DNA from: Bacillota bacterium
GTDB taxonomy: Bacteria > Bacillota_I > Bacilli_A > ML615J-28 > CAG-698
Reading direction: 5' to 3'
DNA length: 64,000 nucleotides
Assembly (NCBI GenBank): GCA_016280895.1
Contig: JAEEHM010000080.1
Coordinates: 1,297-65,296, forward strand
A program made the position numbers and the translations under genes. Under the pieces are notes generated by a model that had not been told where the DNA came from, did no database searches, and saw only the letters and a list, made by a program, of their open reading frames with translations. Every line of letters begins with the position of its first letter. Position 1 is the first letter of the stretch. Shown in pieces: positions 22,847 to 34,213 of the stretch.

Positions 22847-24220
22847 ATGTTTGTTGGTAGAAATGAAGAATTAAAAACATTACTAAATACATACGAAAAA
22901 CCAAATCAGCACTCTATTGTTTATGGTAATCGAAGAGTAGGAAAGACAGAGCTTATTACAGAATCTGCAAGAAGAAGTGGACTTACATTTATCAGTTATG
23001 AATGCTTAAAATCCTCATTAAGAAATAATATTGATACTCTTTCCAAACAATTATATGATGATGGATTGTTGCCATCACTATTCTTTTTTAATTCATTTAT
23101 AGATTTGTTTAATTATATTGATTCTTTAAAACGTCATATAATTATTCTTATAGATGAATATCCTTATTTATATTATAAAAATGATAAAAATGAAATAGAT
23201 TCTATGTTTCAAACTATATTAGAAAAGAGTTCTAATAACCTCAATATTGTTTTATCTGGATCACATGTGGGGATGATGAAAGACTTGCTTAAACAAAAGA
23301 ATCCTTTGTTTGGAAGAGTTAGTACTATTATTCATTTAGCTGAACTTAATTATTTGGAATCTAGTGAATTCTATTCAAATTTATCAAATTATGATAAGGT
23401 AGCATTTTATGCTGTTTTTGGTGGCTCTCCATTTGTGCTAAAGCAACTGAATTATAAAAAAAGTTTGGAAGAAAATATTTGTGATACTTTCTTAAATCAA
23501 ACTAGTTCTATATTTTCTTTTGTATCTGAAGGATACACAACAGATTTGGCTACGAAGGATTCTGCAAATCAAATATTTGAAGTGATTGGAAATTCAAAGT
23601 TGAGGCATAATAAAATTGAAGAATTGTTGCATTATGAACACAATGGTTTATTAAGCAAGCAGTTAAATTTATTAACTGAGATGGAATTTGTTGATAAAAA
23701 CTATCCAATTAACAAAATTGGTGATAGTAAGAAAACAACATATTTTATAAAAAATAATGCTTTAAGATTTTATTTTACCTATTTATATGGTAAAAAGAAT
23801 ATTATCTCTTTAATTGGGCCAAAGGCCTTTTATGAAAGATATATTAAAACAAGCATAACAACATTTATATCATATAGATTTGAAGATATTGTGAAAACAT
23901 ATTTATCTATGCAAGTGAAACAAGGTAAGATACAAGGGATTTATAATATTGGATCATATTATTATGATGATTTTGCAAATAAGAAAAATGGCGAATTTGA
24001 TGTAGCATTACAATGTAAAGATGGCTATGATATAATTGAAGTGAAGTTCTATAAAGATAAAATAAAGAAATCATTAATCGAAAATGAGATTCAACAAATA
24101 AAAAAAATCAATGAAATAAATGTTGAAAGAATGGGTTTTGCGTCAATTAATGGTTTTGAAGAAAATATAAATAATATTTCATATATGATAAATGGTGATG
24201 ACATTTATAAAATAAACTAA
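22847..24220 (+). CDS. ATP-binding protein, Arch_ATPase/DUF234-type
   Basis: FVGRNEELKTL..., Walker A GNRRVGKTE, Walker B ILIDEYPYL. C-terminal DUF234-like region. ttgaca, 17 nt, tataat promoter upstream. Confidence 0.65.
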   Translation: MFVGRNEELKTLLNTYEKPNQHSIVYGNRRVGKTELITESARRSGLTFISYECLKSSLRNNIDTLSKQLYDDGLLPSLFFFNSFIDLFNYIDSLKRHIIILIDEYPYLYYKNDKNEIDSMFQTILEKSSNNLNIVLSGSHVGMMKDLLKQKNPLFGRVSTIIHLAELNYLESSEFYSNLSNYDKVAFYAVFGGSPFVLKQLNYKKSLEENICDTFLNQTSSIFSFVSEGYTTDLATKDSANQIFEVIGNSKLRHNKIEELLHYEHNGLLSKQLNLLTEMEFVDKNYPINKIGDSKKTTYFIKNNALRFYFTYLYGKKNIISLIGPKAFYERYIKTSITTFISYRFEDIVKTYLSMQVKQGKIQGIYNIGSYYYDDFANKKNGEFDVALQCKDGYDIIEVKFYKDKIKKSLIENEIQQIKKINEINVERMGFASINGFEENINNISYMINGDDIYKIN

Positions 24221-24346
24221 AAAATAATCATTTTGATTTATATAAAATTATTTGTAATCGAGAATATATACCTTGAAAAAATGGGCGATTTTTGGTAAAA
24301 TATATATATAATAAAAATGTATGAATAATCGAAAGGAAATATAGAA

Positions 24347-26854
24347 ATGGGATTATTTAAGGGACTGTTTGATGCAGGATATAAAGAATTAAAAAGAGTT
24401 GAAAAAATAGCTAGTCAAATTGATGCACTAGCTGAAGAATATAAAAAATTAACAGATGAAGAGTTACAGGCAAAAACTCCTGCTTTTAAAGAAAGAATTA
24501 AAAATGGAGAAACACTTGATGACATTCAAGTAGAAGCTTTCGCAACTGTTAGAGAAGCATCAACACGTGTGCTTGGTATGACACCATTCTTTGTTCAATT
24601 AGAAGGTGCTCTTGCTATGCATGGTGGTAATATCGCGGAAATGAAGACAGGTGAAGGTAAAACATTAACTGCAACTATGGTTGTATATTTGAATGCTTTA
24701 TCAGGTGAAGGTGTTCACGTTGTAACTGTCAATGAATATTTAGCAAGACGTGATGCCACTGAAATGGGTGTTTTATATAATTGGTTAGGTTTAACAGTAG
24801 GTTTGAACTTAAGAGATTTAACACCTGAAGAAAAGAAAGCTGCTTATGCTTGTGATATTACTTATTCAACAAACAATGAATTAGGTTTCGACTATTTAAG
24901 AGATCATATGGTTCTTTATAAAGAAAATATGGTACAACGTCCACTTAATTTTGCAGTTGTCGATGAAGTCGACTCAATCTTAATCGATGAGGCACGTACT
25001 CCATTAATTATTTCTGGTGGTGCTAAGAATAATGATAATCTTTATATTCAAGCTGACGTTTTCGCAAAAGGTTTGAAAGAAGAAGATTATGAAATTGATA
25101 TTAAATCTAAGTCTGTTGCTTTAACTGAAGAAGGTATGTCTAAGGCTGAAAGATTCTTTGGTCTTGATAACTTGTATGATTTAAAGAATGTTGGTCTAGT
25201 ACATCATATTCAAAACGCAATTAGAGCTAACTACATCATGCAAAAGGATGTAGATTATGTTATCCATGAAGGTGCTATCATTATCGTTGACCCATTCACT
25301 GGTCGTTTAATGATGGGACGTCAATGGTCTGAGGGTCTACACCAAGCAGTTGAAGCTAAAGAACGTGTTGAAATTAAGAAAGAAACTAAAACTGTAGCAA
25401 CTATTACATTCCAAAATTACTTTAGAATGTATAAGAAATTAGCTGGTATGACTGGTACTGCTAAGACAGAGGAAGAAGAATTTAGAAACATCTACAACAT
25501 GTATGTTGTTGAAGTTCCTACTAACCGTCCTATTATCAGACAAGATATGCCAGATTCTATCTTCTTAACAGCTAAAGCTAAGTTTGAAGCAATCGCTAAT
25601 GAAATTGAAAGAAGACATAAATTAGGTCAACCAATTCTAGTAGGTACAATCTCAATTGAAACATCTGAATTATTGAGTGAATTACTTACAAAGAAACATA
25701 TTCCACATGATGTATTAAATGCAAAACAACATGAAAGAGAAGCTGATATTATCGCTAAGGCTGGTCAAAAAGGTGCAGTAACAATTGCGACTAACATGGC
25801 TGGTCGTGGTACCGATATTAAATTAGGTGAAGGTGTTGTTGAATTAGGTGGTTTATGTGTATTAGGTACTGAAAGACACGAAGCAAGACGTATTGATAAC
25901 CAATTACGTGGTCGTTCTGGTCGTCAAGGAGATCCTGGATATACAAAATTCTTCTTATCAACTGAAGATGAATTAATGCGTCGTTTCGGTAGTGAAAGAT
26001 TCCAAGCTATCTTAGGTATCATTGTTAAACAAAAAGATGGTAGTGAAGAAGCACTAGAAAGTAAGACTTTCTCTAAATTCGTTGAACAAGCACAAAGAAA
26101 GATTGAAGGTCAAAACTTTGATAGTCGTAAAACATTACTTGAATATGATGAAGTTTTAAGAAAACAAAGAGAATTAATCTACAAACAAAGACGTGATATC
26201 TTATTCTTAGATGATTTAACTGATACTATTAAGAAGATGTTTAGAAATTCAATGGATCGATTAGTTGAAGAGCATCTAGATAGAAGTAGAACTGTTGATT
26301 ATCCTAAATTATATGAATCAGCACTTAAGTACTTTCCTGCAGATGCAATTTCTATTGAAGAAATCAATTCTAAACAAGCTGATGAATTGAAGGAATATTT
26401 CTATGCACAATGCTTAATATTATTAGAAGATAAGAAAGAAAGATTCCCAGAACCAGTATACTTTGAATTCTTAAAGGTTGTATTACTTCGTGTTGTTGAT
26501 ACTTATTGGACTGAACATATCGATGCAATGAGTGAATTACGTCAAGCTGTAAGATTACAATCTTATGCACAAATCAATCCTTTAAGAGAATATAAGGAAG
26601 TTGGTTTCGAAAAGTTTGAAACAATGATTATGAATATTGAAAATGACACTACTCGTTATATCAACCGTGCGCAAATTCAATCTAATTTAGAGCGTGAAGC
26701 TGTTGTAAAAGATGCTAAGGCTGTGAGTGGTAAAGATGAGAATGTAAAGAAAAAACCTGTTGTTAAGAGTGCTGAACAAAAGGTTGGAAGAAATGATCCT
26801 TGTCCATGTGGTAGTGGAAAGAAATATAAAAATTGTTGCGGTAGAAACGCTTAA
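24347..26854 (+). CDS. secA: Preprotein translocase ATPase SecA
   Basis: Full-length SecA signatures ([38 protein letters not shown]) and C-terminal zinc motif [14 protein letters not shown]. Confidence 0.97.
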   Translation: MGLFKGLFDAGYKELKRVEKIASQIDALAEEYKKLTDEELQAKTPAFKERIKNGETLDDIQVEAFATVREASTRVLGMTPFFVQLEGALAMHGGNIAEMKTGEGKTLTATMVVYLNALSGEGVHVVTVNEYLARRDATEMGVLYNWLGLTVGLNLRDLTPEEKKAAYACDITYSTNNELGFDYLRDHMVLYKENMVQRPLNFAVVDEVDSILIDEARTPLIISGGAKNNDNLYIQADVFAKGLKEEDYEIDIKSKSVALTEEGMSKAERFFGLDNLYDLKNVGLVHHIQNAIRANYIMQKDVDYVIHEGAIIIVDPFTGRLMMGRQWSEGLHQAVEAKERVEIKKETKTVATITFQNYFRMYKKLAGMTGTAKTEEEEFRNIYNMYVVEVPTNRPIIRQDMPDSIFLTAKAKFEAIANEIERRHKLGQPILVGTISIETSELLSELLTKKHIPHDVLNAKQHEREADIIAKAGQKGAVTIATNMAGRGTDIKLGEGVVELGGLCVLGTERHEARRIDNQLRGRSGRQGDPGYTKFFLSTEDELMRRFGSERFQAILGIIVKQKDGSEEALESKTFSKFVEQAQRKIEGQNFDSRKTLLEYDEVLRKQRELIYKQRRDILFLDDLTDTIKKMFRNSMDRLVEEHLDRSRTVDYPKLYESALKYFPADAISIEEINSKQADELKEYFYAQCLILLEDKKERFPEPVYFEFLKVVLLRVVDTYWTEHIDAMSELRQAVRLQSYAQINPLREYKEVGFEKFETMIMNIENDTTRYINRAQIQSNLEREAVVKDAKAVSGKDENVKKKPVVKSAEQKVGRNDPCPCGSGKKYKNCCGRNA

Positions 26855-26860
26855 GTAATT

Positions 26861-26899
26861 AAGTATATCTAGGATTATTTCTAGATATACTTTTATTTT
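26861..26899 (+). terminator. secA terminator
   Basis: aagtatatctag-gattattt-ctagatatactt followed by ttatttt. Confidence 0.7.
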
Positions 26900-26910
26900 A
26901 AGGAGAATGT

Positions 26911-28014
26911 ATGTTAGAAAATTATGAAATTGTGAAAGCAATTGATGATTTTAAAAGAAGAATAGATGAAATCAAAGTAGCTATCAATATCGATAAAGCA
27001 AAAGAGGATTTAAAGACTGATGAAGAAAAGATGAATGATCCTAACTTTTGGTTGAATCAAGATCTATCTAAACAGGTATTGAAAGAGATAAAATCATTAA
27101 AAGATAAGGTTACAACAATTGATGATTTATCATCAAAATTAGAAGAATTAAATTTCTATTTTGATATGCACAAATCTGAAGAAGAAGACTTAATGGAAGA
27201 TATTGAAGATTTGATTAAGAAAATTGAAAAAGAACTTTCTGATTTTGAAATAAGAATGTTGCTATCAGGTGAATATGATGAAGCTGATGCCATTATTGAT
27301 ATGCATCCAGGTGCTGGTGGTACTGAATCTCAAGATTGGTGTCAAATGTTGTTTAGGATGTATCAAAGATATGCAGAAAGAAATAACTTTACCTTTGAAT
27401 TATTAGATTATCAAGATGGTGAAGAAGCTGGTATCAAATCAGTAAGCTTTGTAATTCGTGGTGATAAAGCATATGGAAAATTAAAGAGTGAAAAGGGTGT
27501 ACATAGATTAGTTCGTATTTCTCCTTTTGATTCTAATGCGAGACGTCATACATCATTCTGTGCAGTATCGGTAATACCTGATATTGATAAGGACATTGAT
27601 ATTGAAATTAAACCAGAAGATATTAAGGTTGATACTTATCGATCAAGTGGTGCTGGTGGACAATACATCAATAAGACTGAGTCTGCTATTCGTATTACTC
27701 ACATTAAAACTGGTATTGTAGTATCATGTCAAACACAAAGAAGTCAATTCCAAAATCGTGATTTTGCGATGAGAGTTTTAAAAGCTAAATTATACCAATT
27801 AGAACTGGAAGCACAGGATAAGAAATTAAAAGAAATAAGTGGTGAGGCTAGTGAAAATAGCTTTGGTAGTCAAATCAGATCTTATGTATTCCACCCTTAT
27901 TCAATGGTTAAAGATCATCGCACAAACTATGAAAACTTCAATGTTAATGCTGTTATGGATGGCGATTTAGATGGCTTTATTAACGCATATTTAAAATCTC
28001 CATATAATAAATAG
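26911..28014 (+). CDS. prfB: Peptide chain release factor 2 (uninterrupted ORF)
   Basis: SPF motif (RISPFDS) and GGQ motif (SGAGGQYINKTES). No internal in-frame TGA. Confidence 0.95.
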   Translation: MLENYEIVKAIDDFKRRIDEIKVAINIDKAKEDLKTDEEKMNDPNFWLNQDLSKQVLKEIKSLKDKVTTIDDLSSKLEELNFYFDMHKSEEEDLMEDIEDLIKKIEKELSDFEIRMLLSGEYDEADAIIDMHPGAGGTESQDWCQMLFRMYQRYAERNNFTFELLDYQDGEEAGIKSVSFVIRGDKAYGKLKSEKGVHRLVRISPFDSNARRHTSFCAVSVIPDIDKDIDIEIKPEDIKVDTYRSSGAGGQYINKTESAIRITHIKTGIVVSCQTQRSQFQNRDFAMRVLKAKLYQLELEAQDKKLKEISGEASENSFGSQIRSYVFHPYSMVKDHRTNYENFNVNAVMDGDLDGFINAYLKSPYNK

Positions 28015-28022
28015 GAGCTTAT

Positions 28023-28928
28023 ATGAAAATAGAAAAGAAAGAATTAAAAGGATTTATAAAAGAATATTTATTGATGACTGTTGGTGTAATGTTAGTTGCA
28101 TTATCATTTAGCTTCTTCCTTGATCCATATAATCTAGTAATCGGTGGAGTTGGTGGTATTGCGATTATCTTAAAACCTTATATGGATACATCATTAATGA
28201 TTTTAATTATCAACGTTGCATTATTAATCCTTGCTCTTGTAACATTAGGTAAGAAGGCATGTATTAATAGTATCTATGGTTCCTTGATGTTTCCAGCATT
28301 TACAAAGATATTTAATATTTTATATGAATGGTTAAAATCATTAAACGACAATCAAAATTTAATTGATAACAGCCATATGCTACTGATTACAATTGCTGGT
28401 GCAATCGTAATGGGAGTTGGACTTGGTATGGTTGTTAAGCATGGTGGTACTACTGGTGGTACAGAAATACCACAAAATATTGTGTTCAAATATTGGAAGA
28501 TTCCATATTCATTATCACTATTTATGTTTGATGGAACAATCGTTCTTCTAGGTTTTATTTTCTTAAGAAATGAGCTTGGTAATCTTCAATATGACTTCTT
28601 ATTATATGCTGTAATCTTCATTTATTTAAGTGGATTAATCATGGATCAAATCGTATTTAGGGGCTTTAATAAACGTGCTGTATCAATAATATCAAGTAAA
28701 AATGATGAGATAAAAGAACGTATTTTGAAGGATTGTAATCGTGGTGTTACTATTCTAAATGCAGTTGGAGGATATACTGGAGAAGCTAGAACTCAGCTTA
28801 TCTGTGTACTATCTTCATCCCAATTCTATAAGCTCAAAAACATTGTTCATGAAATAGATCCTCAAGCCTTCTATTATGTAGTACGTGCTAGTGAGGTTGG
28901 TGGTGAAGGATTTACATATGACGAATAA
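28023..28928 (+). CDS. YitT-family membrane protein (DUF2179 C-terminal domain)
   Basis: Multiple TM helices plus C-terminal GVTILNAVGGYTGE...YYVVRASEVGGEGF. Confidence 0.8.
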   Translation: MKIEKKELKGFIKEYLLMTVGVMLVALSFSFFLDPYNLVIGGVGGIAIILKPYMDTSLMILIINVALLILALVTLGKKACINSIYGSLMFPAFTKIFNILYEWLKSLNDNQNLIDNSHMLLITIAGAIVMGVGLGMVVKHGGTTGGTEIPQNIVFKYWKIPYSLSLFMFDGTIVLLGFIFLRNELGNLQYDFLLYAVIFIYLSGLIMDQIVFRGFNKRAVSIISSKNDEIKERILKDCNRGVTILNAVGGYTGEARTQLICVLSSSQFYKLKNIVHEIDPQAFYYVVRASEVGGEGFTYDE

Positions 28929-29736
28929 AAAAGATGATTATGATGATGTCCTAATTAAGAATGTTAGAATAAGACCGAGATCTAAAAAATATGTTATAGA
29001 AACTAATTATGAAGCTGATGAAGAGTTCGTTCTTGACGAAGATACAATCGTAAAATTCGGAATAATTAAGGGTAAAGTTTATACTTTAAATGAATTTAAA
29101 AAGATTTTAAAAGAGATAAAATTACAAAAATTGTTCAACAAAACACTTAATTATTTATCTTATTCAGCGCATTCTAAACATGAAATTTATGCATATTTAG
29201 ACAAGCAAGATAAGAAAGGCGAATATAGCCAAGAAGATAAAATGGCGATTGTGAAAAGATTAAAGGACTTATCTTATGTTGATGATCTTGCTTATGCTAA
29301 AGGGATAGTGAATTATTACCGAGATACAAAGGGTAAATCTTATATTATCAATTTCTTAAAAAGTAAATTAGTTGAGAATGAAATAATTGAAACTGTAGTT
29401 GAAATTTATGATGATGAAGAAGAAGTTGCATATAAAATTTTAGATAAAATTCATTATCAATATAGGAAATATCCAATTAGCAAACAGCATATTTTAATGT
29501 CACAAAAGCTCCTTCGTGATGGCTTTTCGATGCATTCAATTAATTATGGTTTAGATAGAATTAACTTTATTGATGAAAGTGATGACACACTTGATAAAGA
29601 TATTTTGAAACAATTAAGAAAATATGAAAATAAAGATATTCCAATATACGAGAAGAAACAAAAAATATTAGCATCACTTATTAATAAGGGATATTCTTAT
29701 TCTAAAATTAGTGATAAATTAAAAGAATATTTATAA
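28918..29736 (+). CDS. recX: RecX-like regulatory protein
   Basis: Repeated helical modules with the RecX pattern (HSKHEIYAYLDKQ...IVKRLKDLSYVDDLAYAKGIVNYY). ATG at 28918 overlaps the upstream gene by 11 nt. Confidence 0.6.
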   Translation: MTNKKDDYDDVLIKNVRIRPRSKKYVIETNYEADEEFVLDEDTIVKFGIIKGKVYTLNEFKKILKEIKLQKLFNKTLNYLSYSAHSKHEIYAYLDKQDKKGEYSQEDKMAIVKRLKDLSYVDDLAYAKGIVNYYRDTKGKSYIINFLKSKLVENEIIETVVEIYDDEEEVAYKILDKIHYQYRKYPISKQHILMSQKLLRDGFSMHSINYGLDRINFIDESDDTLDKDILKQLRKYENKDIPIYEKKQKILASLINKGYSYSKISDKLKEYL

Positions 29737-29828
29737 TATTTAAAAAAGAAATTAAAGAATCTAATAATTTAATTTCTTTTTTAAGTTAATTATGGTATAA
29801 TATCTAATAGTTAAAAATGGTGATTATT

Positions 29829-31877
29829 ATGAAAATTAAAAGAATTATGTTTGCCTTATTATTTGCGTTTATGCTTGTAGCTTTATTTAATGTAAATTTA
29901 AAAGCAGAAGATGATTATGAAACAATCACAAACGCAAGTGGTGAAGTTGTTAAATATTTTGGTTCATCAGTACCAGTAAAGATTCCGAAGACTTATCATG
30001 AAAGAACTGAAGAATTTAGAGGAACTTGGGTTTCTTTCTTTGCAGGTGATGTTAGTACATATTCTACTGATCAAAATATGCGTGGCCAATTACTACAAAT
30101 ATTAGAGAATTTAGAATATTACAATATGAATGCGGTAGTATTTCATATTCGCACTCACAATGATGCTCTTTATGATACTGATATGGCACCACAATCTTCA
30201 TATACGCAAGCTGCTGATTATGAAAAGTGGGACTATTTAGAATGGTTCATCAAAGAATGTCACAAGCGAGGTATTGAATTCCATGCTTGGTTAAATCCTT
30301 ATCGTATTTATTCAACTGGTGGTTCATTAGATGGAATTGAAACTAAATATCAAAATTATCCAAACAATCCAGCTCATGATATTAATAATGTGCTAATCAA
30401 TAAAGAAGGTGCTGCAATCTTAGATCCAGGTCTTCCAGAGGTTCGACAATATATCATCGATACTGTTATTGAAATTATGGATAAATATGATGTTGATGCT
30501 ATTCATTTTGATGATTATTTTTATATCAATGATGTCGATGATTCAGCAACAAGAAAGAAATATAATAAAGCAAATTTATCAATTGATAATTTTAGAAGAG
30601 CACAGGTTGATACCTTTATTGAAGACTTAAGCAATGCGATGTTTGCGTATAATACTGAACACAATCGCTGTGTTCAATTAGGTATTTCACCTACTGCAGT
30701 ATATCGAAACATCAGTGGTTATGTTGCACCATCTGCATATAAATATGATGCTAATGGCACAATGACATATCCTAATGGTTCATCTACATCTGCTTGGCAA
30801 CATTATGGTTCGAGCCTATATTGTGATACGAAAAAATGGGTAGATAATGAATGGATAGACTACATCGTACCCCAAGCATATTTTGCACTTGATTATGCAA
30901 TTGCATCTTTTGCGCCAGTATCTGATTGGTGGAGTGGTGTATGTAAATATAAAAAGACTAAGCTTTATATGGGTATGGGCTTGTATAAAACTCCAGAAAG
31001 TGGCACAACTGGTTGGCAAATCAATGAAGATGAAATGTTGCTACAGCTAAGATTCGCAAATGGTAATCAATATATCGATGGTATATGTGTATATCAATAC
31101 AGATATTTACCACTTTATAAATCTAGACCGGCAATGAAGGATTTAGTCAAATCATATTGGACTACTACTCCAAAGAGTCCAGTTGTAGAAAGATACAGAG
31201 ATTATTTTGATGATAATGCGAAGGTAGATAATCTAGAAGTACATCAAGGTTCATCAGCCGTTTCTCTAACATTTAATAAGGTTGAAGGCTATAATCGTTA
31301 TGCTGTATATCGTTATAATGATGAATTAAATATCAATGATTTAAGCCAAATGATTGGCTACTGTGGTGAAATTGAAAATGGTATTTGTGGTATTGCTGAT
31401 AAAGATTACAGTAAAGGTAGTCATTATGCTGTTGTTCCATTATCAAGAGCTAATACCTTTGGCCTTCCTGCGAGCATAGAAATAAAAGATTTCACACCTA
31501 TTAATGTTGCTATTGGAAGTGTTGATTTATATGTAGGAGTACCTGCAAATCCATCAACAAATGCGCTCATTGTGCTAAATTCAATTAGTCAAAATTTAGG
31601 TGAAGGTGTCACATTTAAAGTAATTGGTTCTTTCAACAAAGATTTTAGTGATTCATTCACAATAATTGAAGATACTGATTATGTAGCATCTACTGTACTT
31701 AGATATAAATTCAATGATTATGGACTTGCAACCTACATTAAAATTGTGTGCACAAATAGTGTTGGCACATTTGAAAGTGATGTATATTGTCAATCCCTAG
31801 ATGATAATCTAGATTCAATTGAAAGATATGTTTATAATCTATATGATGATTTCTTTGATGAATTATTAGGTGACTAA
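29829..31877 (+). CDS. Secreted glycoside-hydrolase-like family 10 (GHL10/DUF187, YngK/YddW-like) protein
   Basis: Signal peptide. FRGTWVSFF..., NAVVFHIRTHNDALY, FHAWLNPYR, DAIHFDDYFY. Confidence 0.65.
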   Translation: MKIKRIMFALLFAFMLVALFNVNLKAEDDYETITNASGEVVKYFGSSVPVKIPKTYHERTEEFRGTWVSFFAGDVSTYSTDQNMRGQLLQILENLEYYNMNAVVFHIRTHNDALYDTDMAPQSSYTQAADYEKWDYLEWFIKECHKRGIEFHAWLNPYRIYSTGGSLDGIETKYQNYPNNPAHDINNVLINKEGAAILDPGLPEVRQYIIDTVIEIMDKYDVDAIHFDDYFYINDVDDSATRKKYNKANLSIDNFRRAQVDTFIEDLSNAMFAYNTEHNRCVQLGISPTAVYRNISGYVAPSAYKYDANGTMTYPNGSSTSAWQHYGSSLYCDTKKWVDNEWIDYIVPQAYFALDYAIASFAPVSDWWSGVCKYKKTKLYMGMGLYKTPESGTTGWQINEDEMLLQLRFANGNQYIDGICVYQYRYLPLYKSRPAMKDLVKSYWTTTPKSPVVERYRDYFDDNAKVDNLEVHQGSSAVSLTFNKVEGYNRYAVYRYNDELNINDLSQMIGYCGEIENGICGIADKDYSKGSHYAVVPLSRANTFGLPASIEIKDFTPINVAIGSVDLYVGVPANPSTNALIVLNSISQNLGEGVTFKVIGSFNKDFSDSFTIIEDTDYVASTVLRYKFNDYGLATYIKIVCTNSVGTFESDVYCQSLDDNLDSIERYVYNLYDDFFDELLGD

Positions 31878-31878
31878 T

Positions 31879-32574
31879 ATGAAGAAAGTATTAATTGTTG
31901 CTGTATTATTATTTACTTTCTTAATATTGAGTGGATGTAGTCGTACATTTAAAGTCACATTTAATATTTATTCAGGTGTACAAGAAAGCCAAATAATAAA
32001 AAAGGGTGATACAATCAATGATTTCACACCGACTCTTGAAGGTCATAAATTTATATCTTGGTTATATAATGATGAAGTATTTGATGTAAATACACCAATT
32101 GAAAATAATATTACCTTACAAGCATATTGGGAAAAGTTAGAATATGAAGTAAAATTTTTAAGTGATGGTGAATTATATTTAAATTCTAAAATAGCATATG
32201 GTGATATCTTAAAAGAAGTAGAAGCACCTACAAAAGAAGAATATTTATTTTTAGGCTGGCTTTACAATAATAAGGAAGTTGAATTTCCACTTATTGTTAC
32301 AGATAATATGGAAATAAATGCGAAATGGGTTAAGGATAGTGAATATAAACCAAAACTTAAAATATCATTCAATTCAACGGGAGCTAAAACTGAATATGAT
32401 GATATTATCTTAAATCGTCTAGATGAAGCACCTACACTACCTACACCTACTTATGATGGACATCAATTCCTAGGTTGGTTCATCGATGGAAGTGATAAAG
32501 AAATTAAAACTGGTGATATTATCAAAGAAATTGAAGATTTCACATTAGTTGCGAAATGGAAAAAAATAGACTAA
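31879..32574 (+). CDS. Lipoprotein with Listeria/Bacteroides-type (InlB B-repeat / Flg_new) repeats
   Basis: Lipobox ILSGC. Repeats HKFISWLYNDE, FLGWLYNNKE, FLGWFIDGSD. Confidence 0.7.
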   Translation: MKKVLIVAVLLFTFLILSGCSRTFKVTFNIYSGVQESQIIKKGDTINDFTPTLEGHKFISWLYNDEVFDVNTPIENNITLQAYWEKLEYEVKFLSDGELYLNSKIAYGDILKEVEAPTKEEYLFLGWLYNNKEVEFPLIVTDNMEINAKWVKDSEYKPKLKISFNSTGAKTEYDDIILNRLDEAPTLPTPTYDGHQFLGWFIDGSDKEIKTGDIIKEIEDFTLVAKWKKID

Positions 32575-32598
32575 TCAAAAAAATGATTAGTCTATTTT
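32567..32598. terminator. Bidirectional terminator between convergent genes
   Basis: tagactaatc-aaaaaaat-gattagtcta flanked by an A-run and a T-run. Confidence 0.7.
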
Positions 32599-33208
32599 AT
32601 ATTTTCTTTAAGATATTAGTATCAATAACAGCTTTAATGGCTCTTTTAATGTATGATAGAAATTCTTCTTTACTAATTGAATCTTTGTGATTAATCCAAT
32701 ATTCAAATAAAGAAGAAGAACCACCTGCGAAGAATGCAATTACTAAAGAAATTGGAGGGTTCATGCTATCATTAAAACCAGCATCGAGAATGACATTAGA
32801 AAATGATTCATCGAGTGCTCGATTAAACATAAATGAAGCCAAGTTATCTTCATTACGTTCTAAGATATGATTAAGCACAGGAACGTTGTTGTACACAAAT
32901 TCCACAAAGATTTCTGCAAGTATTGATAAACATTCATAAACATCTTTATGAATATCTAAATGTTTGGTTCTTTTATCATATTCCTCTCTTAAAAGTCTGA
33001 AACCATTAAGAATAGATTCATTAAATAAATCATATTTATCTTGATAATGATTATAGAAAGTCATACGATTAATATTTGCAGTTTCGCAAATATCAATGAC
33101 AGTAATTTTACTGAAACTCTTTTCTTTAAGTAGTTTATACAAAGCTGCATTTAATTCATATTTTGATCTTTTAATTCTTATATCTTCTTTTTTATTCATA
33201 TTATTCAC
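32597..33208 (-). CDS. TetR/AcrR-family transcriptional regulator
   Basis: N-terminal HTH FSKITVIDICETANINRMTFYNHYQDKYDL. Confidence 0.85.
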   Translation of the reverse strand: MNNMNKKEDIRIKRSKYELNAALYKLLKEKSFSKITVIDICETANINRMTFYNHYQDKYDLFNESILNGFRLLREEYDKRTKHLDIHKDVYECLSILAEIFVEFVYNNVPVLNHILERNEDNLASFMFNRALDESFSNVILDAGFNDSMNPPISLVIAFFAGGSSSLFEYWINHKDSISKEEFLSYIKRAIKAVIDTNILKKI

Positions 33209-33241
33209 CTTGCAAAATTATAACATACAATTATACAGGTG

Positions 33242-34063
33242 TCAATTATCTAAGAAGCTATGCTTTGTAAAGAATTCTTTAATTCCATGTTCCTTAACTG
33301 ATTTTGTAATATATTTCGCATTCTTAATTAATTCAGGATGAGAATTTTCCATCGCAACACCGAACCTTACATATTCCAGCATCTCAATGTCATTATGACC
33401 ATCCCCAAATGCGATAGTATGTTCTTTTTTGATATTATAATATTTTCTAATAATATCAAGTGCTTTCGCTTTAGAAACATCTTTATTAAATACTTCAATG
33501 ATTAATTGGTGATTGAAATCCCAAGGGCGTAGTAGAAATGGAAAATGATGTTCTTTGATATAATTATTTAATTTATCCATTGCGCCATATTTAGAGAATA
33601 TTATTGAACCATTTGTGTTGTCTTTTAATGTTTCTTTATAATCACCGATTATGATATTAGCACCTAATCTATCAATAAATGGTTCTACAGTTTCATCTTC
33701 CTTGATTAAATAAACATCATCTTTTATTTCTGAAAAAGCATTTGTGATATAATCTTTATTATTATCAATTAGATCGATTAAATTATCTTTATTGATGGTC
33801 ACCATAATTTCTTTAAAATTTGGATCATTTGGATTATGGACATAAGCACCATTATAATTGATAATTGGGCTTTTTAAATCTAAATAATCATAATAGATTT
33901 TGCTTGATCGATATGGTCTACCACTAGCTATCACAATGATATTATTCTTAGATAATTCTTTTAATAAATCTAAGGATTCAATATCTTTATTGAAATTCTC
34001 ATCAATGATTGTACCATCAATATCAATAGCGATTAAATATCCTTTCAATTCCTTATAGTTCAT
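33242..34063 (-). CDS. Cof-type HAD-IIB phosphatase
   Basis: IAIDIDGTII (motif I), ASGRP, FGDGHNDIEM. ATG at 34063 with RBS aaggtga, preferred over the GTG at 34072. Confidence 0.85.
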   Translation of the reverse strand: MNYKELKGYLIAIDIDGTIIDENFNKDIESLDLLKELSKNNIIVIASGRPYRSSKIYYDYLDLKSPIINYNGAYVHNPNDPNFKEIMVTINKDNLIDLIDNNKDYITNAFSEIKDDVYLIKEDETVEPFIDRLGANIIIGDYKETLKDNTNGSIIFSKYGAMDKLNNYIKEHHFPFLLRPWDFNHQLIIEVFNKDVSKAKALDIIRKYYNIKKEHTIAFGDGHNDIEMLEYVRFGVAMENSHPELIKNAKYITKSVKEHGIKEFFTKHSFLDN

Positions 34064-34213
34064 AATTGTCACCTTTTATGTATTTATTTTAACATAAAAT
34101 TATTTCTTAAACAAGATAATTTATTATGTAATTAGGGTTTGAAAAAATGAAGCTTTTTTGGTATAATATGTGGTATAAGGGAGAGTGTCGCGACTTTGTG
34201 AGGAGGAATAAAA

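Noticed and set aside
26911-28014. Programmed +1 frameshift site in prfB
   Set aside because: The RF2 ORF is continuous from ATG 26911 to 28014, with no early in-frame TGA or CTT-TGA-C-like site. This gene is apparently not autoregulated by frameshifting.
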